Shown: piece by piece, positions 15,248 to 26,395 of the stretch | How positions within the stretch are numbered: position 1 is the stretch's first letter | Layout of the letters: each line of letters opens with the position of its first letter | DNA from: Botryllus schlosseri | Taxonomy: Eukaryota | NCBI GenBank assembly: GCA_051294905.1 | Contig: CM119371.1 | Coordinates: forward strand, 1,118,001-1,182,000 | Direction of reading: 5' to 3' | DNA: 64,000 nucleotides | Position numbers and translations under genes: made by a program | The notes under the pieces: model-generated | Databases searched by the model: none | What the model was told of the DNA's origin: nothing | The model's input: only the letters and a program-made list of their open reading frames with translations

Positions 15248-15580
15248 GGGGTCTTAAAAAATAACTTTTTTTCTCAAATGGTACTAGCTACTTGATAAAG
15301 TTGTTAGGTTACCTAGTTTAAGCCTACACACCAAATTTGGTTCAATTCCAACAAGTAGCCGCATTGCTACAGGAGAAGAAAGTTTCTTTTTATTATATAA
15401 AAATAAATAACAGAAAATTTGAAAATTTTCTGTTTACCCCATGAAAGTGTTAGGTTGTCTATACTATAGAAACTAAGCTCTCCAAATTTGTCGTTCAACT
15501 CCAACCAGTGGAAGCGAAGTTATTGCCGTCAAAAAATTTGAATTATGAATAAAATAGTATTTACGGTGACCGATTCTTCA
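15248..15580 (+). mobile_element. MITE family C (AAATTTGGTTCAATTCCAACC motif)
   Basis: Colinear with 23319-23642 and 63180-63358; relatives at 9930-10310, 52208-52600, 53385-53750 and 58850-59530. Confidence 0.7.
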
Positions 15581-15715
15581 ATTATTTATTATAGTGGTGC
15601 CCACCGTAATACTATTTTATTCTAGATTTTCGATCCAAAAAACAGTAGCTTACACAAGATTCGCGGACTGCCGACCACTGATGCAATGAGACATGTGTTA
15701 CAAAATAAACTTTAC

Positions 15716-15895
15716 CTTGGCATCGTAAATCTGTCCATACTCATAGAAAGGCTTGGCCAAACCGTCTTCAATAACATCCAACGCCAGATTTGAATAAACA
15801 CCAGCCGCCCTTCGATAACAGCGTGTTTTGATGTCACATTATGCGCCGGAGATACTGGGCTCTTATGAATGTATCTCTTTTTCCAATGTCGCCAA
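15716..15895 (-). CDS. Putative exon, phase 2-2
   Basis: 180-bp open frame between tatag and gtaaag. Confidence 0.3.
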
Positions 15896-17227
15896 CTATA
15901 CTACGAGAGTAGCCATAATCGGCAACTTTATCAATGTGAGAGACATGGCACTAAATTTTGTTTGGGTCTTCATATAGCGTTGAATTGCGTAAAATCTCGG
16001 GGCAGTTCCGTGCTATCTGTGAGAAGGTTGAGATAGATGCCGACATGAATGCCACTCAAGCAGATTAATGAAATATTTTCAGGTGGTAGAAAACATTGTT
16101 GCTACTCAAGAACAGTACCGTGATAAAGTATTAGCTGGGAGAGTCCAGAGATAGTTAATAACATAGATGCTAATCAGTATAGTTGGCGAATTTTTCAATT
16201 GGTGGCAAAAATTTCAAAGCAGACAGAAATGAGAGGAATAATCCTATAATATTGTCACACTTGACTGATTTCTATACACAATGACCTCCAACTCGAGCTA
16301 CATTTAGGGCCGAGCATCAAAAATTATTAGGCCTAATCTCTTACATGACAGAATAGACCAATCTTTATACGATAGCAAAGTGAACAGGATTTTTAGGTCC
16401 TAGTAGCTCAATTACAGACGCGATTTCAAATCTGCCTTGGAAAAGCCTTTCACTTTCACAAGTGTATGATCATTAAAAGCTTGTTTTTCATCATGCTATA
16501 ACTTGGACACTATACTTATGGTATGTAATTCATGTAAATAAATTGATATTTACTAAGATATATTACACTAGGTTATGAACCAAACTTCTGCAAAATCTGA
16601 AACTTGATGAGTTCAAATCAATTTTCATGGCACAAACAATCCCTTACTCTGGATTAATCAGGGCTCAAGGTTAAACGTGATCAGACTTAGCAGCATTGTT
16701 TTACATTGAGACACATATTATTTATAGGACCAAGACACAGTGATTTGCGTACTGTTACTCGAATCTGAATCGAATAGGCCTACCGTAACTGTAATTATTC
16801 GAGTCGATTTTTTGGACTAATGAAACTTTACGCCCAGTTCCATCAAAAAGCTATAATTGCATCAATTTTCTGAAACCTCGAATGGTCGTATCGAAACATA
16901 CGAAACATGTTTGACAAAGTTTGCACATTATCGTAAATGATATTTCTGTGGAGCTGGATCGACTTGCAACATTGTCACGAAGCCAAATAAAGTATTTTCG
17001 AAAAATACCTTGTCATCATCATGTGGTGAAGAGAGGGCCTTATGTTTTATAGTTGCATGAAAAGTAGGCTACATACTCAAACGTTTAGGTCTCCCAGACT
17101 CCATATACTTGTATCGTCATCATGAGTGATTATCAAATACTTGATGTGAAGCCAGACTAGAATCACTCATGTAGGCCTACCGGTATTCGATTTTGCCCAG
17201 ATGTAAGCCTGGTAATTACGAGCAAAC

Positions 17228-17341
17228 CTTTTTCCTGCATGATTTTGTCTCCAGCATCATCATCCATCGGTAATTCCATTTCAAGTCGACAACACAGTGA
17301 CCCACTAGGTCTCGGATTTTCATGTCGTTTTAAGAGTGAAT
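17228..17341 (-). CDS. Putative exon, phase 1-1
   Basis: ctag|SLLKRHENPRPSGSLCCRLEMELPMDDDAGDKIMQEK|gtttg; paralog at 37542-37655. Confidence 0.45.
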
Positions 17342-17679
17342 CTAGTAATGTATCTAGCACTGAGTGCAAAAAACATGATTTTTCGCAATATTAATACAAT
17401 GAAACCATTTTGCGCTTAATGAACGATAAGTTCAATTAGTTTCACATTCCCTGTTACAGCACAATCACAAAACAGCGTATTGAAGTAGTTAAGAGCGCAT
17501 GATGGTGTCTAATAACAGAATACAAGAAACTCTTGATACTGAAGGGAAAATTTTGCCACTTCTTCGATAGTAGGTAGACATCGAACAGTGTTCACCATGA
17601 TCACCAACGAATGTTTCCCATGAACACAAATAAAAATTTAAAAACGTCAAAATGAATTGTTTTTTTTTTCTGTCTTTGT

Positions 17680-18085
17680 AGAGACGGATATTAGGGTTGG
17701 GTTGGGGCCTATATGGAATCTCGGTCCATTTTTTTAAATAAATCCTGCGTGATGAGAGCTTTTCTGTATAGAATAATTAAGCAATTAAACAGAAAATCCT
17801 GCGTGACGTTGCCACCAATTCCATTCCGGGGTTGGGGGGTATTAGAATTGGCCGGGGAAAGAGGGATATTTGGGCTTGGGAGGGGATGGTAGGCTTGGGG
17901 GAAATTAGGGTTATGGGAAGGAGTAATATTAGGGCTGGGGGATTGGAGGTGTGGTTTATTGAGGTTTGGATATTAAGGTTTGAGGAAAGGGGGATTGGAG
18001 GTGGGTTAGAGTCAAAGTTGGGGTTGGGTTATCCCAAGATTAGGGTTGGTGGATATTAGGGTTAGGGAAGGGGGGCAGGGCACTA
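17680..18085 (+). repeat. G-rich tract with degenerate TTAGGG units
   Basis: Many GGG runs, with TTAGGG at about 17691, 17905, 17929, 18040, 18056 and 18062; absent from the paralogous block. Confidence 0.7.
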
Positions 18086-18478
18086 TAGATAAATATTTTC
18101 TCACTGGCTTGCTGAATGTATCAATTTACACAACATGACAACATTCTCAGGTCATTTATACAGACACAAGTTCAGATCTGCACAAAAAAAGCTTTGTTTT
18201 AATCACGCGACAACTTGAAAACTTCATTCAAAATGGATACCCGTAGCTATCTACTCAACTATATAGCCTTTCACAAGCTGATGAGTCGAATTTCAGCAAA
18301 ATCTGCAAGTTGATGGAGATCAAATCTCTCCTTGGTTCATTTGACATGAAATTACATATATACAGCAGTTACCTGATGTCACAAACAATCCAGTAAGCTG
18401 GCTGTTTGACAAGGTTGTTTGGCAAGGTTGAAATTGATCAGAATTGTAGCATCATTTTATATTCAGTAATTGCATAAA

Positions 18479-18865
18479 TAAATAGCGGACTTTGATACTG
18501 ACATAATCTGCTCGCTGCGGAATCCAAATCAGCGGAAAACGGAGTGTAGCCTGAGCAGCGGAAACAGCGGAAAAGTTAACCATACCAGTTTGGAGGCGAA
18601 TATGACTTTGATACTGACATAATCTGCTGGCTACGGAATCCAAATAAGTGGAAAAACCGAGTGTAGCCGAAGCAGCGGAAACAGCGGAAAATAATACCAT
18701 ACCAGTTTGAGGCGAATATGACGGAAAATTTGACCATCGATTGAAGAGAGGAATTTGATACTGACATAATCTGCTCGCTGCGGAATCTAAATCAGCGGAA
18801 AATGGAGCATGGCCGAAGCAACGGAAACAGCGGAAAAGTTGACCATACCAGTTTGAGGCAAATTT
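18479..18865 (-). repeat. Inverted copy of the last three satellite units
   Basis: Reverse complement of about 21722-22107 with the same order of unit variants. Confidence 0.92.
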
Positions 18866-20364
18866 ATTCTCGGAAGATAGAGGCATTACAACACTTGTTT
18901 TTATGCTTTAACATGTACTCAAAGTCAACATGTCAACATGCACTCAAAGTATTCTCTCGCAACTCCGGCATAAATTTCGCATAATATGACTTCATCATGT
19001 CTCATTCCTCTCTCAGAACTCTAAAAATTATTCCCCCGTAATTGTCGATTAACGAGTTGGGTAATTCGGCTTTTTAACTCCAAATCGTCACAGACTCGCA
19101 GATACGGAATTTCCGATGACTCCTTAAAACTGTCTTTGAAGTGTGCCACGCCGTTCACATTAATTTTATGCACGCAAAGCTCGGTGGTTATGACGCAACT
19201 CACCATTTACTTTGTTGTTCTTTGTTTGTACTCCGTGTAAACAGCCCCGAAATTCCTCAGGCTCAGGCTATATTGGGAGATTAAGCTACTTCTACTTGAC
19301 AAACTTAAAATAGCGAAAAGTAAGTAAGTAGATAACCAAATATTACGAAGTAGAAGTAGAGAAAATCAGATCTACTTGAGTAAGTACCAGAAGTAGAGGA
19401 ACACTGCTTGAGTACTTCCAAAAAGTAGAAGTACTTCGTTATACTGACCACCTCTGGTTAAAGCTATAGTGAAAACACCGCGATATTGAGACCAGACATG
19501 GGGTGATTACTTAATGAACGAAATCGATTGCGTTTACGATTAGTTCTTAATCACGCGATTGCGATTACGATTACAGCAAAATCTGGAAGTAGTCGATTGC
19601 GATTACCATTACATTGGAAAAGTGATCACGATTACTCACGATTACATTTAGCAGATTATGTCAGTATCAAAGTCAGTGACTCCCAACCGCGGCCCCCAGC
19701 TAGCCTTCTTGCGGCCCCCACAAAAATATTGAGAAATCGATTTATGAAAAAAAAATTAATAAATACTCTGGCTTGGCTTTGAGTCTGGAGTTTTCAATTA
19801 GGATTGCAGGAAAGTAGTGAGTAGACTGGTAAGATTACGTCACTGTTGTTTCAACGCAATGTGCGCTAACTTTCCAGTTGAACGAGCAGTACCTACAGAT
19901 ATTGGTATAGATATAGGTATTGACAGGACCGTAACTGCCGCACCCCAAGCCCCCCAATTGGGGGGAGCGAGCTCGAAGGGGGCCCAAAATTATTTAGTGA
20001 ATTATCATAAATTATAGAGTATTTTATGAAATTTTATGCAACTTTTTCAAATTTTGTTCGCGCTGCGCGCGATTTCAAGTTTCCAAGTGCCTTAATTATT
20101 GGGTACTCTTCCACCAAGATAGAATACGCAAAATTTATACAAGTGGGCATATCGGCGTTGGCCATTACCGCGCCACGACGCACGAAGACATATAAAGTTT
20201 TTGGCCATGTAACATGCGACTCCAAGAAGTGTGCCAGAACGATCGGCAGCCAGAAAACCTTGGCCCAAAAGGACTGCCCTTACGCGGAACGAAAACTTCG
20301 TTATGTATATACAAAATACATATAGGTATAATTGACCACAGGCGCCTAAATGTTAGTATCAAAG

Positions 20365-22260
20365 TATGTCAGTATCAAAGTCCGCTATGTAATCGATGGT
20401 CATATTTTCTTCATATTTGCCTCAAACTGGTATGGTTAAATTTTCCGCTGTTTCGGCTACACTCCGTTTTCCGCTTATTTGGATTCCGTAGCCAGCAGAT
20501 TATGTCAGAATCAAAGTCCGCTATGTAATCGATGGTCAAATTTTCCGTCATATTCGCCTCAAACTGGTATGGTTAACTTTTCCGCTGTTTCCGCTGCTCA
20601 GGCTACACTTCGTTTTCCGGTGATTTAGATTCCGCAGCGAGCTGATTATGTCAGTATCAAAGCCCGCTATGTAATCGATGGTCAAATTTTCCGTCAAATT
20701 TGCCTCAAACTCGTATGGTCAACTTTTCCGCTGCTTCGGCTACGCTCCGTTTTCCGCTGATTTAGATTCCGCAGCGAGCTGATTATGTCAGTATCAAAGC
20801 CCGCTATGTAATCGATGGTCAAATTTTCCGTCAAATTTGCCTCAAACTCGTATGGTCAACTTTTCCGCTGCTTCGGCTACGCTCCGTTTTCCGCTGATTT
20901 AGATTGCGCACCAAGCAGGTTATGTCAGTATCAAAGTCATATTTGCCTCAAACTGGTATGGTTAACTTTTCCGCTGTTTCCGTTGCTTCGGCCATGCTCC
21001 GTTTTCCGCTGATTTAGATTCAGCAGCGAGCAGATTATGTCAGTATCAAATTCCTCTCTTCAATCGATGGTCAAATTTTCCGTCATATTCGCCTCGCCTG
21101 GTCATACTCGCCTGGTATGGTATTATTTTCCGCTGTTTCCGCTGCTTCGGCTACACTCCGTTTTTCCGCTTATTTGGATTCCCCTCGTCATACTCGCCTG
21201 GTATGGTATTATTTTCCGCTGTTTCCGCTGCTTCGGCTACACTCCGTTTTTCCGCTTATTTGGATTCCGTAGCCAGCAGATTATGTCAGTATCAAAGTCC
21301 GCTATGTAATCGATGGTCAAATTTTCCGTCATATTTGCCTCAAACTGGTATGGTTAACTTTTCCGCTGTTTCCGCTGCTCAGGATATACACTCCGTTTTC
21401 CGCTGATTTAGATTCCGCAGCGAGCTGATTATGTCAGTATCAAAGTCCGCTATGTAATCGATGGTCAAATTTTCCGTCATATTTGCCTCAAACTGGTATG
21501 GTTAACTTTTCCGCTGTTTCCGCTGCTCAGGATATACACTCCGTTTTCCGCTGATTTAGATTCCGCAGCGAGCTGATTATGTCAGTATCAAAGCCCGCTA
21601 TGTAATCGATGGTCAAATTTGCCTCAAACTCGTATGGTCAACTTTTCCGCTGCTTCGGCTACGCTCCGTTTTCCGCTGATTTAGATTGCGCACCAAGCAG
21701 GTTATGTCAGTATCAAAGTCATATTTGCCTCAAACTGGTATGGTTAACTTTTCCGCTGTTTCCGTTGCTTCGGCCATGCTCCGTTTTCCGCTGATTTAGA
21801 TTCCGCAGCGAGCAGATTATGTCAGTATCAAATTCCTCTCTTCAATCGATGGTCAAATTTTCCGACATATTCGCCTCAAACTGGTATGGTATTATTTTCC
21901 GCTGTTTACGCTTCTTCGGCTACACTCCGTTTTTCCACTTATTTGGATTCCGTAGCCAGCAGATTATGTCAGTATCAAAGTCATATTCGCCTCCAAACCG
22001 GTATGGTTAACTTTTCCGCTGTTTCCGATGCTCAGGCTACACTCCGTTTTCCGCTGATTTGGATTCCGCAGCGAGCAGATTATGTCAGTATCAAATTCCG
22101 CTATTTATAATCGATGGTCAAGTTTTCCGCTATTTCCGTCTTTCCGTCTTTTAGGAATCGGCATTTTTTATTGTTTCTGCTGTTTCCGTTGTTTCCGCGT
22201 TTTAGGGTTCATTTTCCGCTGTTTCCGCTTTTCCGCTTTTCCGTCTTTTAGGGATGCCCT
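20365..22260 (+). repeat. Tandem satellite array of about 115-148 bp units
   Basis: About 13 recurrences of TATGTCAGTATCAAA with TTTTCCGCTG motifs; degenerates into TTTCCG repeats ending AGGGATGCCCTA. Confidence 0.95.
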
Positions 22261-22389
22261 ATTATAAACATTTAAAAGAACTATACTGCCAGAAAGGTGA
22301 GTAGCCATCGATGCATGACGCCCTTTGAAACCGAGGATACCGCTTGCCTAGTAACCGCTGTATGTATATCGTTTTGCACTTCCCCTAAG

Positions 22390-23180
22390 CCAGGGCCGGG
22401 CAACTTCTCCGATCGGTGAGCCGGATATGGGAAAATTAAGGACTTGGCGGGCCAGATTACAGAATATATATATTTTACCTTAATCGCGATTGTATCTACC
22501 TCTGCAAGAAATCAATTGCGAGCGAGATAGTGTAATGGTTATGCGTCCGGCTTCTCGAGCGGTAGGTCGTGGGTTCGATCCCCGGCCGGGTCATACCAAT
22601 CCTGCTAGGCGCTCAGCAATCACGGATAGCATGGAGGAGAAAAAAAACGGCGGCGCAGACTAGATGACCTCATGGGGCCGTATCGCAACTCCGTCGCCAA
22701 AGCATCTCGATGGTGCAGGCGAGAAAGAATATCATATCTCTCTCTCTCTCTCAATGCAAACTTCAAGTTTAAAGCATAGTTATCAAAAACAGTCTGTAAT
22801 GAATTTATTTACAACAGCTATTGAAGTCAATCAGACATCTATGGTCGCTCAATACTGTCAAGTAGTTTTTTGAACACTGATTGCGTGTCATATGCAGAAA
22901 CCCTTAGTGATGAATGCACGCGAACATCAGTTATATTGCAACGCAGCCCTCCTCGTTAATGTTCGTTGCAGTGTTGGGATTAAGTCACTGCCTTTGAATC
23001 ACAAGTCATCTCGAATCATTCCACATTTTTACTCTAGTCAAGTCAATTCACTTGATTTTCATAGGTGACAATGGACAAGTCAAGTCACTCGATTTTTGGA
23101 GGCGACCCGAGTCACGTTGACTCAAGTCAAGTCAAGTCACGAGTAAAGTCAAGTTGAAATTTCAAAGTAATATGCATGAT
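22390..23180 (+). mobile_element. Truncated copy of the 41124-43022 hAT element
   Basis: Starts CAGGGCCGGGCAACTTCTCC; colinear with 41124-41660; another partial copy lies at 43860-44500. Confidence 0.75.
22520..22752 (+). mobile_element. tRNA-derived SINE (MetaSINE-like central domain)
   Basis: A box TAGTGTAATGG, B box GGTTCGATCC, then CCGGGTCATACC..CCTGCTAGGCGCTCAGCA and a (TC)n tail; absent from the homologous element near 41255. Confidence 0.85.
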
Positions 23181-23318
23181 TAGCTAATCATTATACAAGT
23201 AATGGTATTGCCTCTACACAATAGTAGATAACAGCCAAACCCTGCGAGGCTGGCGACGCGACATCTTGCGTACGAGGTCAGATGCGATTGCTCAGGCCAA
23301 CGGTTATGTCGTGCACAC

Positions 23319-23642
23319 TAGGGCTCTTCAAAAATGACTTTTTTTTCAAATCGAACTGGCTACTTTATAAAATTGTTAGGTTACCTAATTCAGGCCTACA
23401 CACAAAATTTGGTTCAATTCCAGCCAGTAACCGCTTTGCTACAGGAGAAAAAAGTTTCTATTTATTATATAAAAATGAACAATAAAAAATTTGAAAATTT
23501 TTTGTTCACCCCATGAAAGTGTTAGGCTGTCTATAGAAACGATGCTCCCCAAATTTGGTTCAATTCCAACCTGTGGAAGCGGAGTTATTGCCGTCGAAAA
23601 ATTTGGATTTGAATAAAATAGTATTTACGGTGACCGATTCTT
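23319..23642 (+). mobile_element. MITE family C
   Basis: High similarity to 15248-15580. Confidence 0.7.
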
Positions 23643-24144
23643 TGTTTATGTATTATAGTTGTTAAATAGTATATTCATATTGAAATGAACCCGAATATTT
23701 TCGGCTGACACTCGTCAGGGGTAATCGTCAGCAACTAGTAGAGAATTGGAAAGAACATTGTATATCAACATTCGTATCACAAAATATGACGTCACCAGCA
23801 TGAAAGAGAGAGCGTTCAATGTACTATTTTTAGGTGGTACACGAACTCCTTTTGTTGACAGAGTTTTGGTTGGTGTATTTTGATAAAAGTTGATTCCAAG
23901 GCACACAAATGGAATTGTGAGCTAGTTGTGCTCACCGTAAATACTATTTTATTCAAATCTTGCACTCGGAACAAGTCTAATTTGTGCTGAAACGTGTTTC
24001 AATAACGTCAATATCTTGATTATATCCGGAGATGCCTCTGATAAGAGTAACTGGTGAATGCGTATAGCTGTTGGTTGAATAGCTGATGGTCGGTCTGTCA
24101 AGCATATGTTCTGAGCGCATAGAAAGGTACAAAATTATGAAGAC

Positions 24145-25270
24145 TAGGGTTAGTTTGGATATCAATAATTTTCACTATCCGGATAACGGATATATCCGTA
24201 TATTTGGAATTTATCTAACCGGTTAACTGGATAATAACTGCTAAGTGAGACAATCGATTTCATGAGGTCTGCATGAAAAACGGATCGCATAATCATTACA
24301 CAGTGTTATTGTAGAGTACCTATACCTACACGCGCAGGCGCAGAACGAGCGAATACGAGAAAAACCATGCAAATTTCATGTTCACTGCTTCTGCAACGCC
24401 CTCCTTATAAAGCACAATGCATCAATTCTGGCATCCTACAGCCGGGACCGGAATTTCGTAACAAAGAGTCCACGTGTATTGAATGCTCTTTCAGCTTCCA
24501 CAGAAGTGGGCTGAATAGTAAGCAGCGCTTCGTAGATAGTCTGAAGGTTGGCAGGTCGTTTCCCGGAAACTTCTACGACTTTACATTCCTTTTTACCATG
24601 CTTATATTTAGGTTTGGTGTACTAGAAGGACGACTAGCTGATACTGGAATTGATGCCGAAATGATACCTCGCTCTAATTCACGTGATCAGGCACGCAGCC
24701 AGCCGAAAATTTAGGGGTTTTTAAATGAAATGATCGGGTTTCGATTTTTTTCGAATTAATCATCAGCGGAAATCAATTACGCTTGCACGCACGAACATGT
24801 TTGCGAATATTAGATGTCATTCAGTTCGCCGTGTCACTCTCAGAATCACTAACCAGAATACAGTTAACGGCATATCGTCACCAAGCCATCGAGAGATAGG
24901 AGCCAATGCATGCTAGGTCCGAGACGATATCAATCCAGCGAAACTATAGGCTTGTTAAAGACGCGATTAATCAGGCCAGAGATGATAGCCGAGCGTGCGG
25001 CAATCAATGACCTAAGGTAACGATCTTCTCAGCAGGAGATCGCGTCGCGTTACATTGTGCAATGCGCACAGACGCATCTCGCTAATTGGCAACACGTTTC
25101 TTGCTAATCGGCCGCGCACAACACTGAATACGACTTATTGAAGCTTACTAAAAAGTGTAAAACACATTAGCAACGTTTCAATTTTATCCGGTTAACCGGC
25201 AGAATTATATCCGGATATCAGATAGTAAAAATAGCAGCGGTTAACCGGTTAGCCGTTATCCGGATCCCTA
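24145..25270. mobile_element. Non-autonomous hAT (Ac-like) element
   Basis: TAGGG...CCCTA ends; 8-bp TSD ATGAAGAC at 24137-24144 and 25271-25278; subterminal ATCCGG/ACCGG repeats. Confidence 0.88.
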
Positions 25271-25431
25271 ATGAAGACGTGATATATTTCCTTATAAGTT
25301 CATGTCATATGCCATATGTATTATGCTTTAGAATCAAAGTCACTAGAATAAAATTGAAGTGGCTCACGAGTAGCCCGTCCATGTACACTGAATTACCATA
25401 ACTTTTTCACTTATACTGTGCAAAATCTTAC

Positions 25432-25550
25432 CTCCCGATTTTTGTCAGGGGGCGCACATTACGCATGAGTACAACAATTCTTGAAAAAAATCTCCCTCAA
25501 AATAAAACTTCAAATCACATCCTTCTTCGTGTTTGTTTTCAATCGCGATT
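25432..25550 (-). other. Candidate first exon of a minus-strand gene
   Basis: Strong donor GAG|GTAAGA at 25432; ATG at 25466; CpG-rich region with a CCAAT motif immediately upstream (25560-25860). Confidence 0.3.
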
Positions 25551-26164
25551 CGCATAATTCGTATTACCAGTGTTACGCGCTGCCAATTAGCAAGATTCGT
25601 CCGCGCTGCACAGAGCCGCATGCGATATCCTGCTGAATTGGTTTGTCATTTGTAGGCTACATGAGCATAATTGGGTAGTGGATAGCTGCACCCGCTCGCA
25701 ATACTCAATAATTGTTCGCGTCAACAACCGACCTGAGCAATCGTATGTAGGCCTACAACAGGCCATGTGCGCAAGATATCATCGCTATTCGCTGGCCTGA
25801 ATAATCGTGTGTCAGGCCTCTCAGACTTTGGCTGCAATCTACAATCGTTTAAAGACAATGCCGTGAAGCAGTGGTTTTCATTCTTTAATAGACACGCCCT
25901 CCTTTATAACAATAAAAATATCCTGCCCCTTTTATAGTCGTATCACAACAAAAGGCCACAAGAATGTTGGCTATCCCAACGGACAGTTTGATGGCATGAG
26001 AGGTTATGACTGTTGATGAGAAAGTTATCGATTATGAAATTCGATGGATTCAACATAGAATGCTAAGAAATATTTTCAGTATCGTCATATATGCTAGCTA
26101 ATTAGTACCACCTTATCAGTACAGTGCCAGAAGAGGGTAAAGATAACGATTCTTGTGTCGCTTA

Positions 26165-26395
26165 TAATAAGTCTCGTCCTTTGATGCTGATGAGGATTAC
26201 AGACAGACTTATCCGGCAGAAGATTTATTAGATTAGAGCTAATAATCCCAACTACATCTAAAGAAATAAACAATGCGGGAAAGCAACATTACTGCACTAC
26301 TGTGAGCGCGAGCGGCGACGTATATGAGCGGTCTTCACAACACATGTTGTGAGGCAAACTTGTGACTTCGCTATAGCGAGAATCAGGATATAACA
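26165..26395 (-). repeat. 3' LTR
   Basis: Direct repeat of 30871-31101; AATAAA on the minus strand near 26224-26229. Confidence 0.95.

Larger units (their letters stand above)
16131..23180 (+). repeat. Segmental duplication, copy 1
   Basis: 16131-17553 matches 34926-37863; 18091-18470 matches 39938-40342; 22260-22480 matches 43743-43945; 22920-23170 matches 44232-44470. Confidence 0.88.

Noticed and set aside
17832..18059. Gly-rich ORF
   Set aside because: By-product of the G-rich tract
20365..22107. CRISPR-like array (recurring TATGTCAGTATCAAA)
   Set aside because: Intervening sequences are homologous to each other rather than unique spacers; eukaryotic context; no cas genes
18452..22267. 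Short ORFs with repeated peptides (MVKFSV..., SRLCQYQS...)
   Set aside because: They are translations of the satellite in several frames
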